64,000 nucleotides of DNA from Acidimicrobiia bacterium (GTDB taxonomy: Bacteria; Actinomycetota; Acidimicrobiia; Acidimicrobiales; CADCSY01). Below are positions 52,847 to 61,443 of this stretch, in pieces; within the stretch, counting starts at the first letter, position 1, and the number at the start of each line of letters is the position of its first letter. The position numbers were made by a program, and so were the translations under genes. The stretch lies in contig JBFWQW010000005.1 of assembly GCA_050249235.1 (NCBI GenBank), positions 1,044-65,043 on the forward strand, given 5' to 3'. The notes beneath the pieces are model-generated. The model had not been told where the DNA came from. It ran no database searches and saw nothing but the letters and a program-made list of their open reading frames with translations.

Positions 52847-53482
52847 TCACCAGCGGTCCCAGTGCACGATGTCGTCGAGGGGCTTGCGGGGCCCGGCCCT
52901 GAAGTCGGTCCCGAGCGTGTAGGCGATCGGGAACAGGCCGCCCTGGATGCAGCGCTCGTAGGGGATGCCGAGGAGGGCCGCCACCTCCTCCTCGTGGCGG
53001 AGGTGCATGGTCGTCCACGTGGTGCCGAGGCCCCGCTCGCGGGCGGCCAGCATGAAGCTCCATGCCGCCGGGAGCAGCGAGCCCCAGAAGCCGGCCTGGT
53101 TGCCGCCATCGGCCGGGCCCCCGACCGGCGACGGCCGGCCCCACGAGCAGGGCAGCAGCATCACCGGCACCTCGCCGAAGTGGTCGGCCAGGTAGCGGGC
53201 CGACTCGTACACCCGGGCCGATGCCTCGTCGGTGACCATCACGTCCGGCTTGTAGGTCGCGTCGAACACCGCCTTGTAGACGGCGGCGATGGCCGCCTTC
53301 TTGGCCGGCTCGGTGACGAAGACCCAGTGCCAGCGCTGCGAGTTCGATCCCGAAGGCGCCTGCACGGCCAGGTCGAGGCACTCGAGCAGCACCTCCCGCT
53401 CGACCGGGCGGCCCAGGTCGAGCCGCTTGCGGACGGCACGGGTCGTCGAGAGCAGGTCGTCGGCGGAGAGCTCGAGGCGCAT
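52847..53482 (-). CDS. Nitroreductase-family protein
   Basis: LLSTTRAVRKRLDLGRPVEREVLLECLDLAVQAPSGSNSQRWHWVFV. It belongs to the same subfamily pattern as 47529..48149. Confidence 0.8.
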   Translation of the reverse strand: MRLELSADDLLSTTRAVRKRLDLGRPVEREVLLECLDLAVQAPSGSNSQRWHWVFVTEPAKKAAIAAVYKAVFDATYKPDVMVTDEASARVYESARYLADHFGEVPVMLLPCSWGRPSPVGGPADGGNQAGFWGSLLPAAWSFMLAARERGLGTTWTTMHLRHEEEVAALLGIPYERCIQGGLFPIAYTLGTDFRAGPRKPLDDIVHWDRW

Positions 53483-53559
53483 CCGCCGATGGTGACACGG
53501 ACCGGGATCGGCCGGCGGCGGCCCGGCGCCGGAGGAGCCGAGAACCAGGACGGACGTGA

Positions 53560-54858
53560 CTAGCCGCGCGGGCGCTCAGCGAGGACGACGACCTCGTGGG
53601 GCGGCCGGTCGGGTACCCGGGCCAGGACGAGGATGGCGACCGCGGCGAGCACGGCGTAGACGAGAGCGGCGTAGGCGAAGGGCCGGACGGTGTCGTCGAA
53701 CAGCCCGTCGACGACCGACCCGAGCAGGGCGCCCCCGGCGGTGGAGATGGTCCCGAGGACGGCGGACGCCATGCCGGCCACGTGGGGCACCGGCGTCATG
53801 GCCGCGGTGTTGCAGCTCGGGACGAGCATCATCACGCCGGGCAGGAGCAGCCCGAGGCCGACGCAGAACGACCAGAGCGGCGGGTGCCCGTCGGTCGCCG
53901 CCGCCAACAGGGCCACCGCGGCCGCAGCCACCAGCAGGTAGACGATGGCGCCCTTCAGCAGCCGGTACAGGCCGAAGCGCACCACGAAGCGCCCGCTCAG
54001 CAGCGAGCCGACGCCGAGCATGACCGCGATGCCGCCGAACAGGAACGGGAAGGCGTCCTCGGCGTCGTAGACCTCCTCGAAGATCGTCTGCGACCCGCCG
54101 ATGAACGAGGTCATGACCGCGAACAGCAGGGTGGTCGCGAGGCCGTAGGCCATCGTCTCGCGGGTCCGCACCACCGCCGACAGGGCGTCGCCGAGGGCAC
54201 GGGGGGTGACCGAGCGCCGCCGCTCGGGCGGAAGGGTCTCGGGCAGCCGGCGGAGCCAGAAGCTCAGCCCGAAGGCCCCGACCACGGGGATCCAGAACAC
54301 CGTGCGCCACGGGCCGAGCGCCACCGCCAGAGCGCCGAGCACCGGGGCGAAGACGGGCACCAGGATGAACACCGTCATGACCTGCGACATGGCCCGGGCC
54401 ATGCGGTCGCCCTCGTAGGAGTCGCGCACCATGGCCAGCGCCAGGGAGCGGGGGGCGGCGGCGCCGAAGCCCCACACGAAGCGCAGCGCCACCGTCGCCG
54501 AGAGGGTCGAGGTGAACGTCGCGGCTGCGGCGCCGACGGCGTACACCACCAGCCCGACGTAGAGGAGCCGCTTGCGCCCGTACCGGTCGGAGAGCGGCCC
54601 GTAGAACACCTGGCCCGCCGCTAGCCCGAGAAAGAACGTGGTGATGAGCTGCGAGACCTCGGTCGAGCCCGGCTCGAGGCCGAACTCCTCCCGGATCTCC
54701 GGGAACGCCGGCAACAGGAAGTCGATCGACATCGCCGCCATGGCCATGCAGCTGGCCACGATGGCGATGAACTCCGGCGTGCCCGCCACCGCCGGCCGGC
54801 GCCGCTCCGCCACCCCAACGTCCGCGTCCACGTCCGCACCCACCGCCATCACCCGCAC
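53560..54858 (-). CDS. MFS transporter (Bcr/CflA-like drug:H+ antiporter)
   Basis: 12 TM segments, with GPLSDRYGRKRLL. The exact start is uncertain. Confidence 0.85.
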   Translation of the reverse strand: MRVMAVGADVDADVGVAERRRPAVAGTPEFIAIVASCMAMAAMSIDFLLPAFPEIREEFGLEPGSTEVSQLITTFFLGLAAGQVFYGPLSDRYGRKRLLYVGLVVYAVGAAAATFTSTLSATVALRFVWGFGAAAPRSLALAMVRDSYEGDRMARAMSQVMTVFILVPVFAPVLGALAVALGPWRTVFWIPVVGAFGLSFWLRRLPETLPPERRRSVTPRALGDALSAVVRTRETMAYGLATTLLFAVMTSFIGGSQTIFEEVYDAEDAFPFLFGGIAVMLGVGSLLSGRFVVRFGLYRLLKGAIVYLLVAAAAVALLAAATDGHPPLWSFCVGLGLLLPGVMMLVPSCNTAAMTPVPHVAGMASAVLGTISTAGGALLGSVVDGLFDDTVRPFAYAALVYAVLAAVAILVLARVPDRPPHEVVVLAERPRG

Positions 54859-54899
54859 CGTAGGCGGCCGGCGCCGACCGCCGTCAGTCCGGCCCCGGC

Positions 54900-55334
54900 T
54901 CAGCCGCCGAAGGTGGGGATGTCGAGGCGGCCGGTGCGCTTGAGGAACCGCCAGGCGCCGTCCTCACGCACCAGGCGGTCGAAGTGGCGGCCCATCAGGG
55001 TGACGGTGGGCTTGCCGGCCTCGTCCTTCTCGATCACGGTCCACATGACCTGCGATCGGGCGGTGTCGCCGTCGAGCTGCACCCGGGGGCTGCTCACGAT
55101 GTGGAAGGCGTTGCCGACCTTGCCCTCCACGACCTTGGTGATCAGCTCGGCGATGGCGGCGTGGCCCTTGGCCCGCGTGCCCGGTCCCAGCACGATCTCG
55201 CCCTCCTCGGCGAAGAGCCCGGCGTAGGCCTCTGCGTCGCCGGCGTCGAGGTACTCGATGTAGTCGATGAAGAGCTGGTTGATCTCGGCCAGGTCCTCCA
55301 GGCGCTGCATCCTGGCCTCGAGCTGCTCCGTCAT
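54900..55334 (-). CDS. SnoaL-like / NTF2-fold protein
   Basis: RLEDLAEINQLFIDYIEYLDAGDAEAYAGLFAEEGE..., ending with GAWRFLKR. ATG 55334 is chosen within ORF 54900..55436. Confidence 0.7.
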   Translation of the reverse strand: MTEQLEARMQRLEDLAEINQLFIDYIEYLDAGDAEAYAGLFAEEGEIVLGPGTRAKGHAAIAELITKVVEGKVGNAFHIVSSPRVQLDGDTARSQVMWTVIEKDEAGKPTVTLMGRHFDRLVREDGAWRFLKRTGRLDIPTFGG

Positions 55335-55528
55335 GGCTCTCTCCCGTCGTGGGTCGCGGTCCCGCAGAGCTTGCTGCATGGCCGGATCCGGCGCCGCCGC
55401 GCGACCGGTCGGACACCCGCACGGCCACCCGGGCACCGTCGAAAGTAGGGTGCGGCGAGCGCAACGCCCGGCGACGCTGGGCTCGTCGGCGCCGAGTCGA
55501 GCCCCGATCCGGGGTCGGAGGAGTGACC

Positions 55529-56374
55529 ATGGAGTTCATCGAGTACGACGTCGTCGACAACGTGGGTGTCATCACCCTCAACCGACCGGAGAAGGCCAAC
55601 GCCCAGCACCGCCCCCTGCTGATCGAGCTCGATGAGTGCTGGCGCTCGGCCGACGCCGACCCCGAGGTGCGGGTCATCCTGGTCCAGGCCAACGGCCGCC
55701 ACTTCTCGGCCGGCCACGACCTCGCCGGCGGTGCCCCCCGGTCGGACGACGGCACCCCGCCCCCGCCCTACACGCTGGCCAACGCCTACGACAGCGAGGC
55801 CAAGTACTTCTTCGGCTACTCGATGTCGTGGCGCAACGCCACCAAGCCCTCGATCGCCGCCGTGCAGGGCAAGTGCGTCGCCGCCGGGATGATGCTGTGC
55901 TGGCCCTGCGACCTCATCCTCGCCGCCGACAACGCCGAGTTCTCCGACCCCACCGCCCGCATGGGCCTGGCCGGGGTGGAGTACATGGCCCACATGTGGG
56001 AGTTCGGGCCGAGGAAGGCCAAGGAGCTGCTGTTCCGCAGCACGCCGATCTCGGCCACCGAGGCCATGGACCTCGGCATGGTCAACAAGGTCGTCCCGCT
56101 CGACGACCTGCGCGACGAGGCCATGGTGTGGGCCCGCGACATCGCCACGCTCGATCCGGTGATGACCCGCCTCATCAAGCGGGGCATCAACGCCCAGCTC
56201 GACACCGCCGGGTTCTCGAGCTCGCTGGCCCACAGCTTCGACATCCACGAGCTGGCCCACGGCATGCAGATGTCGGCCATGCACGCCAACCCCGACGCCC
56301 GCCGCGGCAACATCCTCGAGCACATGCGGGCCACCAACAAGAGCATCTCGGAGCGCGAGGGCGCCGCCATCTAG
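55529..56374 (+). CDS. Enoyl-CoA hydratase/isomerase (crotonase)
   Basis: VGVITLNRPEKANA, NGRHFSAGHDL, AAVQGKCVAAG. ATG 55529 is preceded by ggaggag. Confidence 0.9.
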   Translation: MEFIEYDVVDNVGVITLNRPEKANAQHRPLLIELDECWRSADADPEVRVILVQANGRHFSAGHDLAGGAPRSDDGTPPPPYTLANAYDSEAKYFFGYSMSWRNATKPSIAAVQGKCVAAGMMLCWPCDLILAADNAEFSDPTARMGLAGVEYMAHMWEFGPRKAKELLFRSTPISATEAMDLGMVNKVVPLDDLRDEAMVWARDIATLDPVMTRLIKRGINAQLDTAGFSSSLAHSFDIHELAHGMQMSAMHANPDARRGNILEHMRATNKSISEREGAAI

Positions 56375-56430
56375 CTCCCAGAACCCGAACTGGGCCGGTC
56401 CCGCACGGGTCGGAGTGGGCCTCGGGGCGG

Positions 56431-56754
56431 TCAGCCGAAGGAGACCTGCACCACGTCGTCGACGACGCGGGTCTCGTAGCGCGGGAGCGGGCCGCTCCAG
56501 CCGTCGCTGGAGGCGAGCACGCACTCTCCGGTGGTGACGTCGAACATCGAGCCGTGCTCGGGACAGCGCAGGAGCCGGCCCCGGCTGAGGGGCAGGCCGC
56601 CGAGGGGCGTGCTCTGGTGGGGGCACTCGTGGGAGAAGGCGCAGAAGTCGCCCTCCACGTTGGCGAAGGCGACCGGCCGGCCGGCCACCTCGACCGTCCC
56701 GGTCTCGCCCGGGGCGAGCCAGTCGGTGGGGATCGCGTCGTGGAACGCACCCAT
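56431..56754 (-). CDS. Rieske [2Fe-2S] domain protein (small, ferredoxin-like)
   Basis: CPHQ (CxH) and CPEHG (CxxH) lie 19 residues apart in a 107-aa protein. It is the tail of ORF 56431..57645. Confidence 0.8.
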   Translation of the reverse strand: MGAFHDAIPTDWLAPGETGTVEVAGRPVAFANVEGDFCAFSHECPHQSTPLGGLPLSRGRLLRCPEHGSMFDVTTGECVLASSDGWSGPLPRYETRVVDDVVQVSFG

Positions 56755-56792
56755 GGGGGCGATGACGACGCGATCCCCGGACCGACGGCGAG

Positions 56793-58049
56793 CTAGGCCG
56801 CGGCCGACTCGAAGCCCATCAGGCGGGCGATGGTGCCGCCCATGATGAGCTGCTGGTCCTCGGGCTTCATGTCCTCGACGACCTCGGAGTAGGCCAGCGG
56901 GTCGGCCATGCCCTCCGGGTGCGGGAAGTCCGAGCCGAACATGAGGTGGTCGGCCCGCAGCCCGATGTCGAGCAGACCCTGCGGGTCGGGCTCGTGGAAC
57001 ATGTGGATGTAGACGGAGCTCTTGAACCGCTCGACCGGGTCCTCCTCGAAGATCACCGGCGACTTCTCGTAGGTGCGCTCGAGCTTGGCGACGAAGGGCC
57101 GGATCCAGCCGCTGGCGTACTCCGTGGGCATGAACCGCAGGCCGGGGAACCGGGTGGCGAGCCCGTGGCCGATGATCGAGGCCATGGCGTCGATGAGCGC
57201 GTTCTTGTCGGACATCAGCGCCAGGAAGGCCGGCGTGCCCACGCTGCCGAAGTTGGCCTCGTAGTTGACGCCCTCCCACTCGTTGGCGTACTTCGTGTAG
57301 CCGGGGTCGCCGGCGTGCATGCCCACGACGAGGCCGAGCTCCTCCACCCGGGCCCAGAACGGGTCGAACTCGGGGAGGGCGAAGGACTTGAGGCCCTTCC
57401 AGGTGGGCACCGGGGCGACGCGGATGAGGAAGATCTTGGCGCCCCGGGCCGCGATGGTCTCGAGCTCCTCGATGGCCGGGCCGTTCCCTCCCGCCAGGCT
57501 GATGATCGGCGTGGAGAAGATGGCGTCGGCGTAGTTGAACGTCCAGTGCTCGTGCATCCACTCGTTGAGGGCGTGGATGGATGCCACCGCGGCGTCGGGG
57601 TTGTGGGCCAGGCGCTCCTCGAGCGAGCTGGCGAGGGTCGGCCACAGGATCGTGCGGTCGATGCCCATGTCGCGCATCAGCTCGAGCCGGGGCTCGGGGT
57701 CGAAGAAGGCGTCGAGGCCGGGCATGGCCCGCACCCGCTCGCCGCGGGGGATCGAGGTCTGCTCACCGGCCCGGTTGCCCTTGTGGGACTTGCTCACGTC
57801 GAGGCCGTACACCCCGGGCACCGCCACGCGGCCGAACGTCGGGTTCGGGATGTAGTTGGTGATCTTGTCGGCGATGGCCAGCTTGGTGCGGCCGTTGATC
57901 TCGACGTACTTGATCAGCCCGTCGAACTCCTTGGGGAGGAACTTCGTGAGCGCATCCCGGTTCTCGTACATGTGGTTGTCGGCATCGAAGACCGCATACG
58001 GCAGCTTCCGGTCGCTGACGTAGATCAGGTTCTCGTCGGTGGTCGTCAT
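56793..58049 (-). CDS. Amidohydrolase-2 family metal-dependent hydrolase (ACMSD/LigW-type TIM barrel)
   Basis: AVFDADNHMYE is the N-terminal metal-binding pattern. Also VGMHAG and MFGSDFPHPEG. ATG 58049 is chosen. Confidence 0.85.
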   Translation of the reverse strand: MTTTDENLIYVSDRKLPYAVFDADNHMYENRDALTKFLPKEFDGLIKYVEINGRTKLAIADKITNYIPNPTFGRVAVPGVYGLDVSKSHKGNRAGEQTSIPRGERVRAMPGLDAFFDPEPRLELMRDMGIDRTILWPTLASSLEERLAHNPDAAVASIHALNEWMHEHWTFNYADAIFSTPIISLAGGNGPAIEELETIAARGAKIFLIRVAPVPTWKGLKSFALPEFDPFWARVEELGLVVGMHAGDPGYTKYANEWEGVNYEANFGSVGTPAFLALMSDKNALIDAMASIIGHGLATRFPGLRFMPTEYASGWIRPFVAKLERTYEKSPVIFEEDPVERFKSSVYIHMFHEPDPQGLLDIGLRADHLMFGSDFPHPEGMADPLAYSEVVEDMKPEDQQLIMGGTIARLMGFESAAA

Positions 58050-58109
58050 GTCTGCATCCCCTTCTGACGCCTCGCGACGTCCAGTGCGTGCAAGGTAGCC
58101 GGGACGCGG

Positions 58110-58139
58110 CACCGCCCGCCCCTCGCGGGGCGGGCGGTG
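58110..58139 (-). terminator. Perfect 13-bp stem / 4-nt loop hairpin after the ACAD pair
   Basis: caccgcccgcccc-tcgc-ggggcgggcggtg, starting 49 nt downstream of the stop at 58188. Confidence 0.55.
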
Positions 58140-58187
58140 ACCACTGGACAGACGGCGGTCCGGAGGCGACGGGACGGAGCCCGGCCG

Positions 58188-59456
58188 TCAGCGGCTGGTG
58201 GGCCCCTTCGGCACCTCGCGGAAGGGCATGTCACGGGAGTTGTCGCGCTCCCGGGGCATGCCGAGCACCCGCTCGCTGATGACGTTGCGGGCCATCTCCG
58301 TGGTGCCGCCACCGATCTGGGCGGCCTGGCGGGACAGGAAGCCGATGCCCCGGCGACCGATGTCGTCGTCCTCCTCCTCCCAGGCGACCGCGGTCGGGCC
58401 GGCCAGCTCGAAGGCCACCGTGGACGACCGGGTGGCGTTGACCCCGCTCAGCAGCCGGGACAGCGCCGCGCCCTGGTCGTTGAGGTAGCCGGTGCGCATG
58501 CCCTGGCCGATGCGGCGCTGGGCGAAGCCGGCCACGAGGCTGTCGGCCCGCACCTCGCCGATCATGTCCCGGGCGACCGGGTCGTCGAGGCGGCCGGCCT
58601 TGCGGGCCAGGTCGATCATCGCGCCGTCGGGCGATGCGAAGGCCTCGCCGCCGCCCTTGGGCCGGATGAGGTAGGGCGACAGGGCGAAGCTGCGCTCGAA
58701 GTAGAGCCAGCGGATGCCGATCGTCCAGCCGTCGTCGACGTCGCCGAGCCGCTCGCTCTCGGGGATCCGGACGTCGGTGAAGAACTCCTGGCAGAACTCG
58801 TTGCCGCCGCTCAGCATCTCGATGCGGTGCATCTCGATGCCGGGCGCGTGGGCCGGCACCAGGAACACGCCCAGGCCGCGGTGCTTGGGCACGTCGACGT
58901 TGGTTCGGGCCAGGGTGAGCCCGAAGTCGGCCCGCCAGGCGCCGGACGACCAGATCTTCGAGCCGTTCAGGAGCCACTCGTCGCCGTCGCGCGTGGCCGT
59001 CGTCTGGGCGCCGGCCGCGTCGGAGCCGGACGACGGCTCCGAGAGGTACTGGACCCAGTAGTGCTCGCCCTTGAGGATCGGCGGCACGTGCCGGAGCTTC
59101 TGCTCGTGGGTGCCGAACTCGAGGATGACCGCCATGCAGGGGGTCATGTTGGGGACCTGGAGCATCGACGGGTAGTCGAAGCCGGAGATCTCCTCGTTGA
59201 AGGCCTCGTTGTGGGCCGGGGTGAGCCCCTGGCCGCCGTACTCCTTCGGGACGCAGATGCCGGCGAAGCCGGCGTCGAACAGCTGGCGCTGGAGCGCCCG
59301 CTGCCGCGCCATCTCCTCGAGTTCCTCCTCGTCCGACATCCCGCCGAAGCCGCGGCCACGGGCCGGGCCCAGGTTGGCCCGGATCCAGGTGCGGGCCCGC
59401 TGGCGGAAGCTCTCGACGGACTCGATCTCGGTGTCTGCCACAGCGGTGTCGGTCAC
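58188..59456 (-). CDS. Acyl-CoA dehydrogenase (catalytic-type subunit)
   Basis: YLSEPSSGSDAAG, and a C-terminal QIGGGTTEMARNVISERVLGMPRE in which the conserved Glu is present. The GTG start overlaps the upstream ACAD stop (GTGA). Confidence 0.9.
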   Translation of the reverse strand: MTDTAVADTEIESVESFRQRARTWIRANLGPARGRGFGGMSDEEELEEMARQRALQRQLFDAGFAGICVPKEYGGQGLTPAHNEAFNEEISGFDYPSMLQVPNMTPCMAVILEFGTHEQKLRHVPPILKGEHYWVQYLSEPSSGSDAAGAQTTATRDGDEWLLNGSKIWSSGAWRADFGLTLARTNVDVPKHRGLGVFLVPAHAPGIEMHRIEMLSGGNEFCQEFFTDVRIPESERLGDVDDGWTIGIRWLYFERSFALSPYLIRPKGGGEAFASPDGAMIDLARKAGRLDDPVARDMIGEVRADSLVAGFAQRRIGQGMRTGYLNDQGAALSRLLSGVNATRSSTVAFELAGPTAVAWEEEDDDIGRRGIGFLSRQAAQIGGGTTEMARNVISERVLGMPRERDNSRDMPFREVPKGPTSR

Positions 59457-60601
59457 GCTGCCTCCTCCTTCTTCTCGAGCGATGCGGTGAGGCGCTCACG
59501 ATGGTCGGCGACCGTGCCGTGCAGGCCGGAGCCCAGCACCACCCGGCGCAGGTACAGGTGCATGTCGTGCTCGAACGTGACGCCGATGCCGCCGTGCATC
59601 TGCACGCAGTCGTGCATGAGCTCGGGGCCGTAGTGGCCGACATAGGCCTTGGCGGCCGACAGGAGGTCCCACGCCTCGGGCGAGCCGTCCTCGACGGCCC
59701 TGGCGGCGCCGTCGGTGATGGCGTGGCTGGCCTCGAGCCAGAGCTTCATGTCGGCGAAGCGGTGCTTGAGCTCCTGGTAGGAGGCCAGCGGCCGGCCGAA
59801 CGAGTAGCGGTCGAACGACCACTCGTGGGTCATCTTGAACGCCCGGTCCATGGCGCCGACCATCTCGTTGAGCTCGAGGACGATCGCCACCTGGGTCTGC
59901 CAGTCGACGTCGGCCGACGCACCCCCGGCCTCGCCCACGATCGCCGACGCCGGCAGCTCCACGCCGTCGAAGGCGACCTTGGCGAAGTGGCGGGTGAGGT
60001 CGACGCTCTTCATCGGTGTCACGGTGACCCCGGTGGTGCCGGCGGGGACCAGCACCTGGGTGAGGCCGTCGCCCGTGCGGGCCGTCACGAGGAGGTACTG
60101 CGCCTGCTCGGCCGACTCGACCGGCGCCTTCACGCCGTTCAGCACGACCGTGTCGCCGGACACCTCGGCCGTGAGCGTGACCTGGCCGAGGCCGTCGTTG
60201 GGCCTCGGCTCGGCGTGGGCCCAGGTGCCGACGGCCTCACCGGCCAGCAGCTCGGCCAGCGGACCGCCCTTCTGCTCGGCCGAGCCGGCCCGCGAGAGGG
60301 CGCCGGCGACGATGCTGCCGGGCACGAGCGGTCCGGGCGCGGCGTGGTTGCCGAACTCGAAGGCGACGAGGGCCAGGTCGGCGATCGGTCGGCCGGAGAT
60401 GCTGCCGCCGCCGTCCTCCTCGCTGACGAGCAGCGACGTCCAGCCCAGCTCGGCACCCTGCCGCCAGTAGTCGGCCTTGAACCCGGCCGGGTCGTGGCGC
60501 ATGGCCCGCAACTCCGAGACCGGCGTCTTGTCCTCCAGGAACTTCCGCGTGGTCTCCGCGAAGAACTCCTGGTCGGACGTGAGCTCCAACTCCACGTACA
60601 T
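59453..60601 (-). CDS. Acyl-CoA dehydrogenase family protein (partner subunit lacking the C-terminal GGTxE glutamate)
   Basis: ACAD fold (VQMHGGIGVTFEHDMHLYLRR), but the aligned C-terminal motif reads LGSGLHGTVADHRERL, with Ala where the Glu would be. The start is ATG 60601 or GTG 60595. Confidence 0.85.
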   Translation of the reverse strand: MYVELELTSDQEFFAETTRKFLEDKTPVSELRAMRHDPAGFKADYWRQGAELGWTSLLVSEEDGGGSISGRPIADLALVAFEFGNHAAPGPLVPGSIVAGALSRAGSAEQKGGPLAELLAGEAVGTWAHAEPRPNDGLGQVTLTAEVSGDTVVLNGVKAPVESAEQAQYLLVTARTGDGLTQVLVPAGTTGVTVTPMKSVDLTRHFAKVAFDGVELPASAIVGEAGGASADVDWQTQVAIVLELNEMVGAMDRAFKMTHEWSFDRYSFGRPLASYQELKHRFADMKLWLEASHAITDGAARAVEDGSPEAWDLLSAAKAYVGHYGPELMHDCVQMHGGIGVTFEHDMHLYLRRVVLGSGLHGTVADHRERLTASLEKKEEAA

Positions 60602-60700
60602 CCTCCTGCGATCTGGTATCGCCGGAGAAGCTAGGCGTCGAGCCGGCCCGGTACCCGGTCGTCCAGATGGACGTGCCGCCCCGGGGCCGGCTCCGGCCAC

Positions 60701-61441
60701 TCAGGGACGGAGATGGGCGGCCGCGAACGCCGTGGCGTCGGCCCACGACGCCCGGTCGGCGGCGTCGTGGCGGAGCGGGGGGTCCGGGGCGCTGAAGGCG
60801 TGACCGGCGCCCTCGTAGACGTCGACCCGGTGCTCGACCCCGTAGCGCTCGAAGCGCCGGATGATCTCCGGCGCGAGGGCGACGAGCCCGGCGTCCTGGT
60901 CGCCGTAGATCAGCTGCACCGGGCAGGCCACGTTCCAGAGCAGGTCGATCGCGTGCACGGGGCGCTTGTCGCTCAGCTCGGGGAAGGTCGGCTGACTCGG
61001 GAAGAACCACACCGCCGCCGCCAGCCGGGCGTCGAGCGCGGCGGTGAGCATGGCCAACGTGCCGCCCGTGCAGTACCCCCACACCGCCACCCGGTCGGGG
61101 TCGACCGCCGGCATCGACCGGGCGTGGTCGACCGCCGCCATGACGTCGTGGACCGCCTCGGTGAAGTCGAGCTCCTCGATGAAGCCCATCACCTCGGTGA
61201 AGTCGCTGTAGTCGTCCGGGCGCTGCAGTCCGACACCCCGGTAGTAGTCAGGCACCACCACCACGTAGCCCTCGGCGGCGAGCTCGCCCGCCACCCGGCG
61301 GGTGAACTCGTTGAGGCCGTAGGCCTCGGCGGCCAGGACGATCGCCGGTCGGGGGGCGGTCCGGTCGGTCGGCGGCTCGAAGACGAGCGCCGGGACGGCG
61401 GCGCCGCGGACGGCGAGCTGGACCGATCGGCTGCCGGTCAC
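60701..61441 (-). CDS. Dienelactone hydrolase family protein
   Basis: VVPDYY, nucleophile GYCTGG, and a C-terminal YEGAGHAF. The GTG start lies 2 nt after the upstream ACAD stop. Confidence 0.85.
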   Translation of the reverse strand: MTGSRSVQLAVRGAAVPALVFEPPTDRTAPRPAIVLAAEAYGLNEFTRRVAGELAAEGYVVVVPDYYRGVGLQRPDDYSDFTEVMGFIEELDFTEAVHDVMAAVDHARSMPAVDPDRVAVWGYCTGGTLAMLTAALDARLAAAVWFFPSQPTFPELSDKRPVHAIDLLWNVACPVQLIYGDQDAGLVALAPEIIRRFERYGVEHRVDVYEGAGHAFSAPDPPLRHDAADRASWADATAFAAAHLRP

Positions 61442-61443
61442 CG

